A stretch of 64,000 bases of DNA from the IMG/VR virus record IMGVR_UViG_3300034095_002552, positions 1 to 64,000 of that record. One strand, written 5' to 3'. This DNA is from a virus. The notes beneath the pieces were generated by a model. It was not told the DNA's origin and made no database searches. It was given only the letters and a program-made list of their open reading frames with translations. Positions 29,819 through 40,473 of the stretch are shown piece by piece. Position numbers and translations under genes: made by a program. The first letter of the stretch is position 1. Each line of letters begins with the position of its first letter.

Positions 29819-30961
29819 TTAACTAAGTATATTATCAATCAATTTAATTGATTTGTTTTGCTCCTCTAATAGAGAAAGAATCTGTTCAGCTTCTGACAAT
29901 GATAATGTATTATTTCTAATTAAATTTTGAGATGTAACACAAATAGAATTGCAAATATCTTGTATTTTTTTAGTTTCTTTTTCTATTTTATATAGATAAT
30001 CTTCCTCGTAAGTATTCACTTCTTCATCTTCGTCTTCATCTTTTATGGTCGTTATGACATTCAATTTAATTTCTTCATCATCGACAAATTCAGCAGATTC
30101 TTCAATTTTCCAAAGTTTTGGATTTGATTTCGCTATCATATATTTCACAGGAACATTTGCATGTTTATTGTTATTATTTGTGTGAAAAAACCACAATTCT
30201 TCATGTGGAATTTCACAGATTTTAGCCGATTTTATAATGGTTTTAAAGTTTTTAACCTCTTCCATTGCTTCATGCCATATACTTGGTTCAGAAACAAAAA
30301 ATATCTGTCCTAGTTGAATTCTTAAATCTATAACCCATAAAGGTCTATGTTTGTTTCTAAATAACCACAAACACCTATTATTACTTTCATCATATTCACC
30401 TATAGAAACAGCCATGTGTCCTGTGTTTATCACTGAAAAAATGTCTTTGATCCCAGCCATTCGATGAGCATATGGCAAATCACCAACATAGTTTTCTAAG
30501 TTATTTTTACTATATCTTGCTTTTGCGTATTCAAAAATTCGTAAAAGAATTTCAGAATCACAATCTGTTTTGACTTTATATTTTTCTATTAAAGAATTAT
30601 ATTCTAAGTCGTCTATTTTTCCATTATGAACTAATGCAATATTTTTGTTTTTGTTTACAAAAGGATGATTGTTACGATTTAAATTTGGATCTCCGTAACC
30701 TCTACTGGCACCTCTTGCATGAACTATGGCCAAATTCAAATTATATTTTGAATTATTTTTCCACAATTCACTTCTCACTAAATCACTGCTTTTCCCTGGC
30801 TGCTTGTGATAAAGAACGCTACCAGAATCTCCAGATTCCGCCATCCAATAACCAGCAGCATCTAGCCCTCTAGACTCTAATTTTTCAAATAACTTTGAAA
30901 GAAAAATAAAAGATGCTTCGACATTTTTTGATTCGCCAATATAACCAGAAATTCCGCACAA
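29819..30961 (-). CDS. class II glutamine amidotransferase
   Basis: N-terminal MCGISG, RGLDAAG, HARGAS, NNHPF, LVHNG, TDCDSE. Confidence 0.85.
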   Translation of the reverse strand: MCGISGYIGESKNVEASFIFLSKLFEKLESRGLDAAGYWMAESGDSGSVLYHKQPGKSSDLVRSELWKNNSKYNLNLAIVHARGASRGYGDPNLNRNNHPFVNKNKNIALVHNGKIDDLEYNSLIEKYKVKTDCDSEILLRIFEYAKARYSKNNLENYVGDLPYAHRMAGIKDIFSVINTGHMAVSIGEYDESNNRCLWLFRNKHRPLWVIDLRIQLGQIFFVSEPSIWHEAMEEVKNFKTIIKSAKICEIPHEELWFFHTNNNNKHANVPVKYMIAKSNPKLWKIEESAEFVDDEEIKLNVITTIKDEDEDEEVNTYEEDYLYKIEKETKKIQDICNSICVTSQNLIRNNTLSLSEAEQILSLLEEQNKSIKLIDNILS

Positions 30962-30972
30962 ATTAATTACCC

Positions 30973-31491
30973 CTAAAGATTTGTCAAAGGCCCAGTACTT
31001 CCGCCTAATGGTATTTCTGGTTCTGGAGGTGGGCCACCAGGCGAAACTGGATTGGTTAATTTTACAGATTGCGGAATTACCGCTTTTATATCTGCTTTTT
31101 GCGGAGAATCAATTCCTTTTTCTTCTGGCTGTTTAGATGGTGAAGTTCCAATATCTGTTATTGGAGTTCCTAATCCCTCTGCAATTTTCTTCAATCCATT
31201 TTGAAATACCTTAATTGCTTCTGGTAATGGCATTTTATTAGAACCATCTAATGATTTGCATATTACCAAGACGGCATTTCTTATTTGGACTAAATATTGC
31301 TTTAGATCCCTTGGCCAGTCTGCTCGTATTATCGCTTGTATTCTTGCAACTATATCTTCTGCAAAGACAGTGAGGCTTTTTCCCTTTTTGTCAATCTCTT
31401 GAGATAAATCTTCTAAAGAATTAAGAATATCACCTATTCTAATTCCTAGATCGGTTTTGTTTTCTGTAAGTAAAAATTGTTTGAAATTCAT
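30973..31491 (-). CDS. hypothetical protein, possible internal head protein
   Basis: MNFKQFLLTE N-terminus, ATAAATA just upstream, Pro-rich tail. Confidence 0.6.
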   Translation of the reverse strand: MNFKQFLLTENKTDLGIRIGDILNSLEDLSQEIDKKGKSLTVFAEDIVARIQAIIRADWPRDLKQYLVQIRNAVLVICKSLDGSNKMPLPEAIKVFQNGLKKIAEGLGTPITDIGTSPSKQPEEKGIDSPQKADIKAVIPQSVKLTNPVSPGGPPPEPEIPLGGSTGPLTNL

Positions 31492-33128
31492 ACCTTATTT
31501 ATGGCTTCACCAGTTGCTTTTTTATGTATTATTGCAGCAGCAATCAATCCTACGAACAAAGGTGCTGCGGCTGTTAGTTTGCTTTTAAATTCTGGGTGGG
31601 CTTGCGTTCCTACAAAATAAGGATGAATATCCCTATTTAATTCCATAATTTCTACAAGATTAGTTTGAGGGTTTCTGCCACTCACAATAAAACCTTTAGT
31701 TTCAAGCTGAGAAACATATTCCTCATTAACCTCATAGCGATGCCTATGTCTTTCTTGAATTATTTTTTGACCATATAATTCATAAACAATTGAATCTTTT
31801 TTCAATTCACAATCATATGAACCAAGCCTCATACTTGCAGCTTTTTTAACAATAGCCTCTTGTCCTTGAACGAACTTAACAACAGGATATTTCGTTTCTT
31901 TGTCAAATTCCATACTATTTGCATCATCTAATTTACAAACATTTCTGGAATATTCGATGACGGCACACTGCAATCCTAAACATATTCCTAAAAATGGAAC
32001 TTTCTTTTCACGAACATATTGAATGGCTTTTATTTTCCCCTCAATGCCACGATTGTCAAAACCTCCAGGGATAATAATACCATCCAACTCATCAAAAATT
32101 TTGTGCAAACCTCTATTGTCTTTGTATTTTTCCAATTCTTCGCTTTTATACCATTTAATTAGAACTTTAGAATCATTAGCAATTCCAGCATGCAATAACG
32201 CTTCTTTTAGAGACATGTACGCTTCATCGCAATTATCGTACTTTCCAAAAATTCCAATAGTCACAGGCTGAAGATTATTGTTGATGTATTTTTCAACAAC
32301 ATCTCGATACTTGTGTATTCTGCATGAACTTCTGTTTAAATGTAACAAATCAACAAATAAATCATCTACATGACGATCATAAAATGAAAGAGGAACTTGA
32401 TAAATTGATTCAAAGTCGGGAGCATCAAAAACACATTCTCTAGTGACATTAGAAAGTTGAGAAACTTTTTTCATGACTTTGTCTGGTACGGAGCTTTCTG
32501 TTCTGCAAAAAAGAACATCTGGCTGAAGTCCGTGTCTTTGCAATTCTTTTACAGCATTTTGCAAAGGCTTAGTCTTGAATTCTTTGATTGTTTTAACCCA
32601 AAGAATTGGAGCGACCATAACAATCAAAACATTAGCACGATGAATTTGTTTGAATAATCGAATAGATTCAAAAAAAGCAAAGCTTTCTGAATCTCCGACT
32701 GTACCACCAACTTCCGCAATAACAATATCGTGACTTTTCCCTAAATCAACTAATCTTTTTTCAATTTTATCGGTTAGATGGGGGTTAACCTGAATAGTTT
32801 CACCAAGATATTTACCATGCTCTTGTTCTTCGATTAATTCTTTTTGAAGAATTCCATGTGTGCAAATATTGTTTTTACTAACTGTTATTCCAGCAATTCT
32901 TTCGTAATGACCAAGATCCAAATCTGTTTCAGTTCCATCATCACAAAGGAAACACTCGCCATGTTCTCCTGGCCCAAGAATACCAGCGTTGATATTGTAA
33001 TATGGGTCAAATTTAACTAGCGTAATATTATGACCACGAAGCCTTAGTAGAAGGCCTATACTAGCAGCAGCCACACCTTTTCCTGTTCCAGAAATAACAC
33101 CACCAACTACAAAAATGTATTTAGCCAT
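31488..33128 (-). CDS. pyrG: CTP synthase
   Basis: GGVISGTGKG, DPYYN, ETDLDLGHYER, KTKPLQ, PGGF, GICLGLQ, ERHRHRYE, QAHPEF. Confidence 0.97.
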   Translation of the reverse strand: MAKYIFVVGGVISGTGKGVAAASIGLLLRLRGHNITLVKFDPYYNINAGILGPGEHGECFLCDDGTETDLDLGHYERIAGITVSKNNICTHGILQKELIEEQEHGKYLGETIQVNPHLTDKIEKRLVDLGKSHDIVIAEVGGTVGDSESFAFFESIRLFKQIHRANVLIVMVAPILWVKTIKEFKTKPLQNAVKELQRHGLQPDVLFCRTESSVPDKVMKKVSQLSNVTRECVFDAPDFESIYQVPLSFYDRHVDDLFVDLLHLNRSSCRIHKYRDVVEKYINNNLQPVTIGIFGKYDNCDEAYMSLKEALLHAGIANDSKVLIKWYKSEELEKYKDNRGLHKIFDELDGIIIPGGFDNRGIEGKIKAIQYVREKKVPFLGICLGLQCAVIEYSRNVCKLDDANSMEFDKETKYPVVKFVQGQEAIVKKAASMRLGSYDCELKKDSIVYELYGQKIIQERHRHRYEVNEEYVSQLETKGFIVSGRNPQTNLVEIMELNRDIHPYFVGTQAHPEFKSKLTAAAPLFVGLIAAAIIHKKATGEAINKV

Positions 33129-33187
33129 TCTAAAGCCTCATTAATTCTATTATTTTCTATTAGAGTAAGCTTAAAAAAAATGCCAAA

Positions 33188-35431
33188 TTAAAATAATTGA
33201 CACGCACCTCCAGCACAAGCAACATTTTCCATAAGCTTAGTGTTATCTTCTTCTTCGTACATGGCAGTATAATCTACATCCTTGTAAACTCTACTCAAAT
33301 CTTCCCATAATTTATTGTTGTTTATGTCTTTCAAAAGATAAGTAAGTTCTTTGACATTATTCTGTAAATGTCTTTCGGCAAATTGTTTGGCTCTTCGAAC
33401 CCAATCTTTTTGCAAGTTGTAATGAACCCATTCGGACTGCAATTTTTGCATTATTTCATCATTTAATTTTTCTGGTACTTTTGGCTCTTGTACCTCAAAA
33501 ACGCCCAAAGCAGCATCACAAGCTCGCCACAAATTGTTGTGAAATGCATGAAGTGCATCAACAATTAATCCAGAGGCAAAAATACAACCTTTTCCATATT
33601 TATCAACTATTTCATCAACCGTAAGAACTTTAGTGAAAGGAGCTTGTGGATAATCCAAATCTCCAGTAGAACCAAGCAAAGATATACCAGCAAAACTTTC
33701 ACGATTTTCATAAATAAAATTTTCTACATCTTTCCATTCACTATCTTTAACATTAATCGTATTGCTAACATTATGAGACATCCAAGGATGCACACATTTT
33801 TCTGGCCTTTTACCAGCTTCAACCCAATTTTCTTGAACCAATTTGACTGTTTCAAGAAGCCGAACGGCAGAAATATTATCTTTTGTGATTACATGTTCTG
33901 GCATTTCAATTAAAAAACTTATTACTTCATCAGTACCATTTGCACTCCATACTGAATTTTCAATAGCAGTAGGATTGTGATTTTTAAAATTCTGGATTGG
34001 AGTTTCATTAGCATTACTTTGAACTCTACGAATATATCTTCGTGCATGTGCAGGATGAATGCCACTGGATGTTCCAAGCAAACAACTTGCTGTTCCTTCT
34101 GGCTTTACACAGGTAGCTCTTGCTGCGATATTGATTCCAATTTTATTTGCTACCTCTTCATTGGTTTGAAGAACTATACCAGCCATTTCACGAAGATTAT
34201 TTTTATCCAAAGTTACGCTTGGATAATCCATGATTCCAGTTATGCTAACACCAAGAAGTGCTTCTCTTTTTATAATAGATTCACTAACCTTTCCAAGATA
34301 ATCAAAATCGGTATAACCAGCTTGTAAAGTTCCGATGATAGAAGCAACTTTGGCAGCTAAAGCAAAGTTCTCTTTAGTTTGTAATTTTGCACCATTTATA
34401 GTGCAAAGATTACAAGCTTGCCATCCAGAATTGCCTTGCTCATCATAACCGTATAAATTAATTTCAACACAAGGATTAAATAAAGATTCAGTACTATGAC
34501 TCCAAATAATACCAGGCTCACCAAATTGCCTAGTAGATTCAAACAAACGATGATAATCTTCTCTTCCTGTACTGTTTTTCAACAATAAAGCACTATTGTT
34601 AGATCTTGCTCTTTGTGGGTTTTCGTAATACCAATTTCCAATTTTAGCATTAAGCATTAATTCATCATCGACACTAAACATGGCCAAAGTTGCGCTGCGC
34701 CTAACGCCACCGCTAAGTACAGCATCAGAAGCATGCATCACTATGTCATATGCATCAATCGTTCTTAGTTTTTTATTACCAGAATCAACAGAATTATTTA
34801 GGACTCCACGAATTTTTTCTAATGCTTTTTTAAGTGGCTCATGTCCTGGTGCTTTGCCTACACCATACGACAAAGAAGATCCTTTTGGTCTAATAGCAGA
34901 ATAATCAAAAGTTACTTTTTTACCACGAAAATCAGAAAATTCTGAATGTGGAATATAGCTTGCAGTTAATACTCCAAGGGCATCTGACCATCCTTCTATA
35001 CTATCATCAATTTTATAAATTTTTTCTTCTGACAAATCAGTTGATTTGGTAATGTAAAACTCTGGTAATTTATCAACATGATGTCGTTGAACAGAAAATC
35101 CTGTTCCACAACCATTAAGTAAAAGCCAAGTGCATTCCTGAAAAAATCTAGGTCTATCACAGTAAGAACTAATGCAATTATAAATTTTTGCATTACGCTT
35201 TAAAATTGGATCTCCACCAAACTGTAATGCTCTTTGACTACCAAGTGCTATTTTATCATGAACATGTTCAAATGCCCAATTAATATCATCTGCTGCCATT
35301 GGATATTTTGTAAGATGCATATTCTTGACACGATCAATAGCTTCATGCCAAGTTTCTCTTCTTCCTAATTCTTTGTTGTAACGAGCATAACGAGAAACAA
35401 ATGTATAATCCGACAATGCTTTAGTTGACAT
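33188..35431 (-). CDS. nrdJ: class II (adenosylcobalamin-dependent) ribonucleotide reductase
   Basis: YNC, GGVRRSA, RARSNNS, GEPG, NPCVEI, CNL, TCVKPEGTAS, C-terminal ACAGGAC. Confidence 0.9.
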   Translation of the reverse strand: MSTKALSDYTFVSRYARYNKELGRRETWHEAIDRVKNMHLTKYPMAADDINWAFEHVHDKIALGSQRALQFGGDPILKRNAKIYNCISSYCDRPRFFQECTWLLLNGCGTGFSVQRHHVDKLPEFYITKSTDLSEEKIYKIDDSIEGWSDALGVLTASYIPHSEFSDFRGKKVTFDYSAIRPKGSSLSYGVGKAPGHEPLKKALEKIRGVLNNSVDSGNKKLRTIDAYDIVMHASDAVLSGGVRRSATLAMFSVDDELMLNAKIGNWYYENPQRARSNNSALLLKNSTGREDYHRLFESTRQFGEPGIIWSHSTESLFNPCVEINLYGYDEQGNSGWQACNLCTINGAKLQTKENFALAAKVASIIGTLQAGYTDFDYLGKVSESIIKREALLGVSITGIMDYPSVTLDKNNLREMAGIVLQTNEEVANKIGINIAARATCVKPEGTASCLLGTSSGIHPAHARRYIRRVQSNANETPIQNFKNHNPTAIENSVWSANGTDEVISFLIEMPEHVITKDNISAVRLLETVKLVQENWVEAGKRPEKCVHPWMSHNVSNTINVKDSEWKDVENFIYENRESFAGISLLGSTGDLDYPQAPFTKVLTVDEIVDKYGKGCIFASGLIVDALHAFHNNLWRACDAALGVFEVQEPKVPEKLNDEIMQKLQSEWVHYNLQKDWVRRAKQFAERHLQNNVKELTYLLKDINNNKLWEDLSRVYKDVDYTAMYEEEDNTKLMENVACAGGACQLF

Positions 35432-35504
35432 TTAACGCCTCTTTAGTTTAATCATGTTGGGAATATATCTAAGATACAAACATCATTTTTTTTATATAAA
35501 ACTT

Positions 35505-37529
35505 TTATTTTTTTAATTTAGTGAAACCATTTTGATGAATAAGATTTATAGTTTGAACTGTTTCTAGCATTTTTATAAGATCTTTGTCATGTGTGGTTAT
35601 AAAAACTTGTTTATCAGAAGACAATTCTTGAATCATGTTATAAATTCCCTGAACACCAAGAGGGTCAATATTTGTTGTGACTTCATCTAAAAAAACTAAC
35701 GATGGAATAGTTCCAGAACTAATCATCATGACATCAGCAAACGCCTGAGATACCGCTAAATTCAATCTTCTTCTTTGTCCAGCAGACATGGCATGATAAA
35801 CATAAGGATCGCCATCAACAGGGCTTCTTTCAATTATTTCATTAAATTCATTATCAAATCTTAAAGAAATTTTATTATCAATTAAAAATTGCAACCAATA
35901 AGCAATTCTATTGTTTAGTTCTGGGATAATTCCATCAACAACTGTTTTTCTAATACCTTTTTCGCCAAATCCAAATTGCCAATATTGATAATACTTAAGA
36001 TTATCTTCTGCATCTTTGATGCTATCTTGTTTTTCTTTACACGATACTTTAGATTTTTCACAACTATCTTCATAACTCGAAATTAAATCTTCATATGGTG
36101 ACTTGCTTTTGTATTCGTTTATTTTTTCTCGTAATGAAACTTCCAATTGTTCAATTTGTTGGTTTAAAAGCAATTCATAGCTATCTGCTTTCGGCTCCTT
36201 GATTTTTAGTAAATCAGAAACTAAACTTCTTAAACTTCTTATTTGAGTATTATTTGCTTCTACAATTTTTTCTTTCATCGAGATGAAATCTTTTATTTTA
36301 ACTTGTTTTTCATAAACATCTTTGGCTTCATTTGTTATTTTTTCTGCTTCAGAAACACAAATTTGCAATTCTTGATTGTAAGAAGAAATTTCTTTCTCTT
36401 CTGAATTTATAACATGAAGTATATTTTTTTCATCTATAACACCATAACAATGATCGCATGTTGTTCCATGTTCATGATTTTGCAAAGATTGAATGTGATT
36501 TTTCTTATTTTTAATCTTTTGTTGTCTATTGGAAATTTCTAATTTAATTACATCGCTTTTATTTCTAACATCTTGTGCCAATTCTTTTACTTTATCTTCT
36601 TTTGATTTTGCAACAATTATTTTACTTTTTTCATCTTCTATAATTTTTTCTAATTCATTTATATTTTCATTATGAGAAATTATTTCATTTTGAGCCTCAC
36701 GATAAGCAAGCAATTCATCTCCATGAGTTGAATTTCCCAACTTTTCTTTTTTTGCATCAATTTGAACTTTTAAATTTTTAATTTCATTTTCTTTTTCTAA
36801 TTTCCAACTACTGTCTTTATTTTTTGTTTGCTCCAATCTTTGATTGGCATCTTGTTCGTTGTTTTTAAAAATGTCATATTCTTTACACATCATTTTAATT
36901 GATGCAGATGTCTCAGATGTTAGTTTTTTGGCTTTTTCTTGCTTTTCTCTATAAGAACAAAGAGATAGAAGGTTTTCAACTATTTCTCTTTTTACAGGCG
37001 TACTTGCCTCTAAAAAAGATATGCTTTGATCATCGCTAAAAATACAAATATTTACAAAAGCTTCATAAGTCAAACCAATAGCATCTTCAATTATCTTTTG
37101 TGTCTCATCCATAGAACCAGTTGTTAGTTCAGAAGCTTCATCGAATGTTAGACTTTCGTTTTCCCAAAATCTAAGACTATTTTTCTTTCTTGTTCTTACA
37201 AGCTTGTATTTATCCCATTGTAATTCGATTTTACAGTCTTTTCCAATTAGGTTGTTTATTACAGCATCTTTGCTAATGGCACTTGGTTTTTTTACTGTTT
37301 TGCCATACAAACCATATGAAATAATTTCTTGAAGAGAACTTTTTCCACTTCCATTTGAAGATATTTTAACTTCATCAGAAGACAAGTCATCTTCTGTCTC
37401 TTTGACATCTCTGTTTTCACCTCTAATAAAAACAATTTGCCCATAGTCCTCGAATTTTATTTCGATTCCTTCTGGGCCGAAACAAAGAAAGTTATATGCA
37501 GAAATTTTGTTGAATTTAAGTTTTTTCAT
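35505..37529 (-). CDS. recombination ATPase, T4 gp46/SbcC/Rad50-like
   Basis: NGSGKSS Walker A, coiled coil with CDHC hook, MSAGQRRR signature, FLDEV, ITTH. Confidence 0.92.
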   Translation of the reverse strand: MKKLKFNKISAYNFLCFGPEGIEIKFEDYGQIVFIRGENRDVKETEDDLSSDEVKISSNGSGKSSLQEIISYGLYGKTVKKPSAISKDAVINNLIGKDCKIELQWDKYKLVRTRKKNSLRFWENESLTFDEASELTTGSMDETQKIIEDAIGLTYEAFVNICIFSDDQSISFLEASTPVKREIVENLLSLCSYREKQEKAKKLTSETSASIKMMCKEYDIFKNNEQDANQRLEQTKNKDSSWKLEKENEIKNLKVQIDAKKEKLGNSTHGDELLAYREAQNEIISHNENINELEKIIEDEKSKIIVAKSKEDKVKELAQDVRNKSDVIKLEISNRQQKIKNKKNHIQSLQNHEHGTTCDHCYGVIDEKNILHVINSEEKEISSYNQELQICVSEAEKITNEAKDVYEKQVKIKDFISMKEKIVEANNTQIRSLRSLVSDLLKIKEPKADSYELLLNQQIEQLEVSLREKINEYKSKSPYEDLISSYEDSCEKSKVSCKEKQDSIKDAEDNLKYYQYWQFGFGEKGIRKTVVDGIIPELNNRIAYWLQFLIDNKISLRFDNEFNEIIERSPVDGDPYVYHAMSAGQRRRLNLAVSQAFADVMMISSGTIPSLVFLDEVTTNIDPLGVQGIYNMIQELSSDKQVFITTHDKDLIKMLETVQTINLIHQNGFTKLKK

Positions 37530-37543
37530 TTTTGAAATGTAAT

Positions 37544-38335
37544 TTATTTTATAACCATTTGCAATATTGATTCAGCGAATTTTGTTCGATTCCATTGATG
37601 AAAAATACAAAACGGATAATTTTCATTTGACATTACTTTATTGTTTTCAATAGTAGGTTCAAAAATAAGAAATTTCTCTTTTAAAACCTCACCAGTTAAA
37701 CAAAAAGAATCATGGTTTGGATTTGTAATGTGATACCTTGGATCTTCTTTAATCTTAGAAATTAAGAAATTTAACACCGCTTGATCTGTACATTTATTAT
37801 GAGAAAAACAATTGCTCCACATTAAAAAACAAAAATCAAAAATCAATGGATATTTACCACAACAAACTCCTGCATTAACAACTGGCCAATCTGTATAATT
37901 CTCAAGGGTTTCTCCAAAATCTACCTGCAAATTAAGTTGATCTTTCATGTTGAAAGGGGATTCTTTATGTAAAAAACCCTCTTTGGTTAAGACCAACTGA
38001 ATTTTTTCAGATTTTAAAATATCAAATGGATACTCTTGAATAAAAACATCTTTTGAATCAGAAATAAAAACCTTTTCATATGTTTTATTTTTTAAAAAAT
38101 TCCAATAGGCCAACCATCGCTCGGTAAAAATCTTTTTTGTTTTTGTTTTGACAAATTCGATTCGACAATCATAATTTATAACAATTTTGTCTATGTATTT
38201 TTCTTCTAAAGAATCAGTTAAACAGACGAAATCATCACCTTTTTTGATTCGAGACACAGAATCAAAATAAACTTGATAATACGGCCAAGTACTTTCATTT
38301 ATTTTACTTGCCCATGTGAGAAATAAATTTTTCAT
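37544..38335 (-). CDS. glycosyltransferase-like protein
   Basis: VFISDSKDVFIQ, VVNAGV, TDQAVLNF, IFHQWNR motifs of GT-A enzymes. Confidence 0.65.
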   Translation of the reverse strand: MKNLFLTWASKINESTWPYYQVYFDSVSRIKKGDDFVCLTDSLEEKYIDKIVINYDCRIEFVKTKTKKIFTERWLAYWNFLKNKTYEKVFISDSKDVFIQEYPFDILKSEKIQLVLTKEGFLHKESPFNMKDQLNLQVDFGETLENYTDWPVVNAGVCCGKYPLIFDFCFLMWSNCFSHNKCTDQAVLNFLISKIKEDPRYHITNPNHDSFCLTGEVLKEKFLIFEPTIENNKVMSNENYPFCIFHQWNRTKFAESILQMVIK

Positions 38336-39054
38336 AAACTATCAGTAATCTCATGTTTATCTTTAGTGATCATTTTTAGCGACATCGATTGATACTTTTT
38401 TTCAAATTCTTTTTGCCACTTGCAATTTATTTCATGATATTTTTTTTGAAATGAAAAATCATGATTCTGGACACTACTCATTGAAGATTTGATGTCTCCA
38501 TGATAATGTAAAAACCCAACATCACTATCCGAGTTAATCCTAGCTGGTTCGGTGTAATTCCATTTGTTGGGAATAAATTTAATGTCGTTTTCAGCAAGTC
38601 TGAAATATTCGATTGATGGATCAAATCCACAAAATCTTTCTAAGCTTTGAAATTTAGCAAATTTATCCCAAGCTTTGTTATCACCACACACAAATCCATC
38701 ATTATTATTTTCTGTCCTCAAAAAGATAGAATCTTCCATTAATTCAAAAATTGGATTTATGTCGCAATTAAAATATCCATCAAAATCAAAATACGCATAT
38801 TGCCCTAAATTTTGATTTTGTATTTCAGAAATTTTTTCATATACGAAAGATCTTTTCTTTAAGATATTTTGTGTATGAATTATGTTTATGTTATTATTTT
38901 CTAATTTATCAATAATTACTTTATTTTTAAATCCGAAAGCAATAAGAATTACCGTTCCTTTGAAATTACTTATTTCAAGCATAGACGAAATCCAAGGTAC
39001 TCCAAACATATCGAAATAAGTTTCATCACACGCAGTAACAAGATATTGCTTCAT
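38332..39054 (-). CDS. glycosyltransferase-like protein (GT8/GT77-like)
   Basis: LVTACDETYF, YFDFDGY (DxD), IPNKWNY, FLHYHG. Confidence 0.55.
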   Translation of the reverse strand: MKQYLVTACDETYFDMFGVPWISSMLEISNFKGTVILIAFGFKNKVIIDKLENNNINIIHTQNILKKRSFVYEKISEIQNQNLGQYAYFDFDGYFNCDINPIFELMEDSIFLRTENNNDGFVCGDNKAWDKFAKFQSLERFCGFDPSIEYFRLAENDIKFIPNKWNYTEPARINSDSDVGFLHYHGDIKSSMSSVQNHDFSFQKKYHEINCKWQKEFEKKYQSMSLKMITKDKHEITDSL

Positions 39055-40109
39055 TTGATCTCCTGTTCGCAAATTAATTTCCCAATTTTCACAAGCTTTT
39101 CCTTATCCAAACCATTAGTACCAACTAAATCAACATATTGCTCAATCATTTCTTCTTCTTTGAACAAAATAGACTTAGCATCATCGATCAATTGTTTTTC
39201 TATGTTTCTTTTTTGCTGTCTAATTTCCAAAGATCCCAAATCTTTATCCTTAGATATTTCTTTCCTCATATCAATTAGATCGGCACCAGATAAGCTTTCT
39301 ACAATAACTCTAACAAAATTTTTAGACAAATCATATTTATCAATTTCATCTGCTCTTAAAACAAGATGTTTTGGAGAAAAGTTATTTGTTATATATTTTA
39401 TTTTAGCGTTATCACAATCAAACGCAATGATGTGTTTATCTTGAAATGCTTCTCCAAATGATAATTGTAACGGAGATCCAATATATTCAATGTTTGGTTC
39501 TAAGATTTGCTGACAGTGATAATGCCCCAAGAAAACCTTTTGGTAATTAGAAAATATATTTGCTCCTATTTTCACCATCTCTCCATCATGCTCTATCGCA
39601 ACATCTGCCACTGAACTTCCATGCAAAATAGCACCATCAACAGCCAAATGACCAAGAGCGTATTGGAAACTTCCATCTTCTTTTTTAAGACTTTCAATCG
39701 CTTTAATTGGATCATGAGTAAATGGAATCAAATCCCAATATGAATTTTCTATTTTCATTCTGGTTGGTTGATCTATGATCGTAATATTTGGCAAAGAAGA
39801 AAATGGCATTACACTACTGATAGATGTCTGTTCGTTAAACCACAAATCATGATTTCCCAAAACAAGATACAAATGAAATTGATTGGTTGGCAACCATTTC
39901 ATCAATATCTCAAAAGTTTTCTGATATGTGTATACATCTATTTTTTGACGATCATGAAAAAGATCGCCACCAAATAATATTGTTTTTATTTTTTCATTTT
40001 TTGCTGTTTCGAAAACCCAGTCTAAAACTTGCAAACAATCCTTAAGTCTTTCTTGTGATCTTTTGTGCGGATTGATATGAATGTCTGTAAATATAAGAAC
40101 TGTTGACAT
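39051..40109 (-). CDS. recombination nuclease, T4 gp47/SbcD/Mre11-like
   Basis: FTDIH, GGDLFH, LGNHD, LGHYH, YIGSPLQLSFGE. Confidence 0.92.
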   Translation of the reverse strand: MSTVLIFTDIHINPHKRSQERLKDCLQVLDWVFETAKNEKIKTILFGGDLFHDRQKIDVYTYQKTFEILMKWLPTNQFHLYLVLGNHDLWFNEQTSISSVMPFSSLPNITIIDQPTRMKIENSYWDLIPFTHDPIKAIESLKKEDGSFQYALGHLAVDGAILHGSSVADVAIEHDGEMVKIGANIFSNYQKVFLGHYHCQQILEPNIEYIGSPLQLSFGEAFQDKHIIAFDCDNAKIKYITNNFSPKHLVLRADEIDKYDLSKNFVRVIVESLSGADLIDMRKEISKDKDLGSLEIRQQKRNIEKQLIDDAKSILFKEEEMIEQYVDLVGTNGLDKEKLVKIGKLICEQEIK

Positions 40110-40171
40110 GATCTCCTCCAAAAAATATAAATTAAACTATATTTGAAGAATTATCAAGCCTTATGACTGTA

Positions 40172-40459
40172 TTATTTTTTGCTTTCTTTAGGATTAAATA
40201 ATTTTTTAAGTGCGTCCCAGACATTACTAGATTTAATTTTAGTTGCTGGTGGAGTTTGTGTTCCTCCAGCACCACCACCCATCGGAGGCCCACCCATTGG
40301 AGGTCCGCCCATTGGAGGAGGCCCACCCATTGGAGGTCCGCCCATTGGAGGAGGCCCACCCATTGGAGGAGATCCGCCAGCAGGAGGCCCACCAGCAGGT
40401 GGAGGTGCTGGTGCATCTTCATTTAATTTGAATTTAACATAATTAACAAATGTTCTCAT
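40172..40459 (-). CDS. Pro/Gly-rich protein with MGGPP repeats, possible internal head protein
   Basis: MRTFVNYVKFKLNE-D N-terminus followed by (M/A)GG(P/S)P(P) repeats. Confidence 0.6.
   Translation of the reverse strand: MRTFVNYVKFKLNEDAPAPPPAGGPPAGGSPPMGGPPPMGGPPMGGPPPMGGPPMGGPPMGGGAGGTQTPPATKIKSSNVWDALKKLFNPKESKK
40277..40412 (-). repeat. GC-rich 15/18 nt coding tandem repeat
   Basis: repeated cccattggagg(a)ggc/tccg units. Confidence 0.85.
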
Positions 40460-40473
40460 GCTAATATGTATGA

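Noticed and set aside
40132-40442. Alternative-frame and antisense ORFs over the GC-rich repeat (40132-40422, 40179-40442, 40243-40431)
   Set aside because: Shadow frames left open by the repeat; only 40172-40459 has a plausible N-terminus and context
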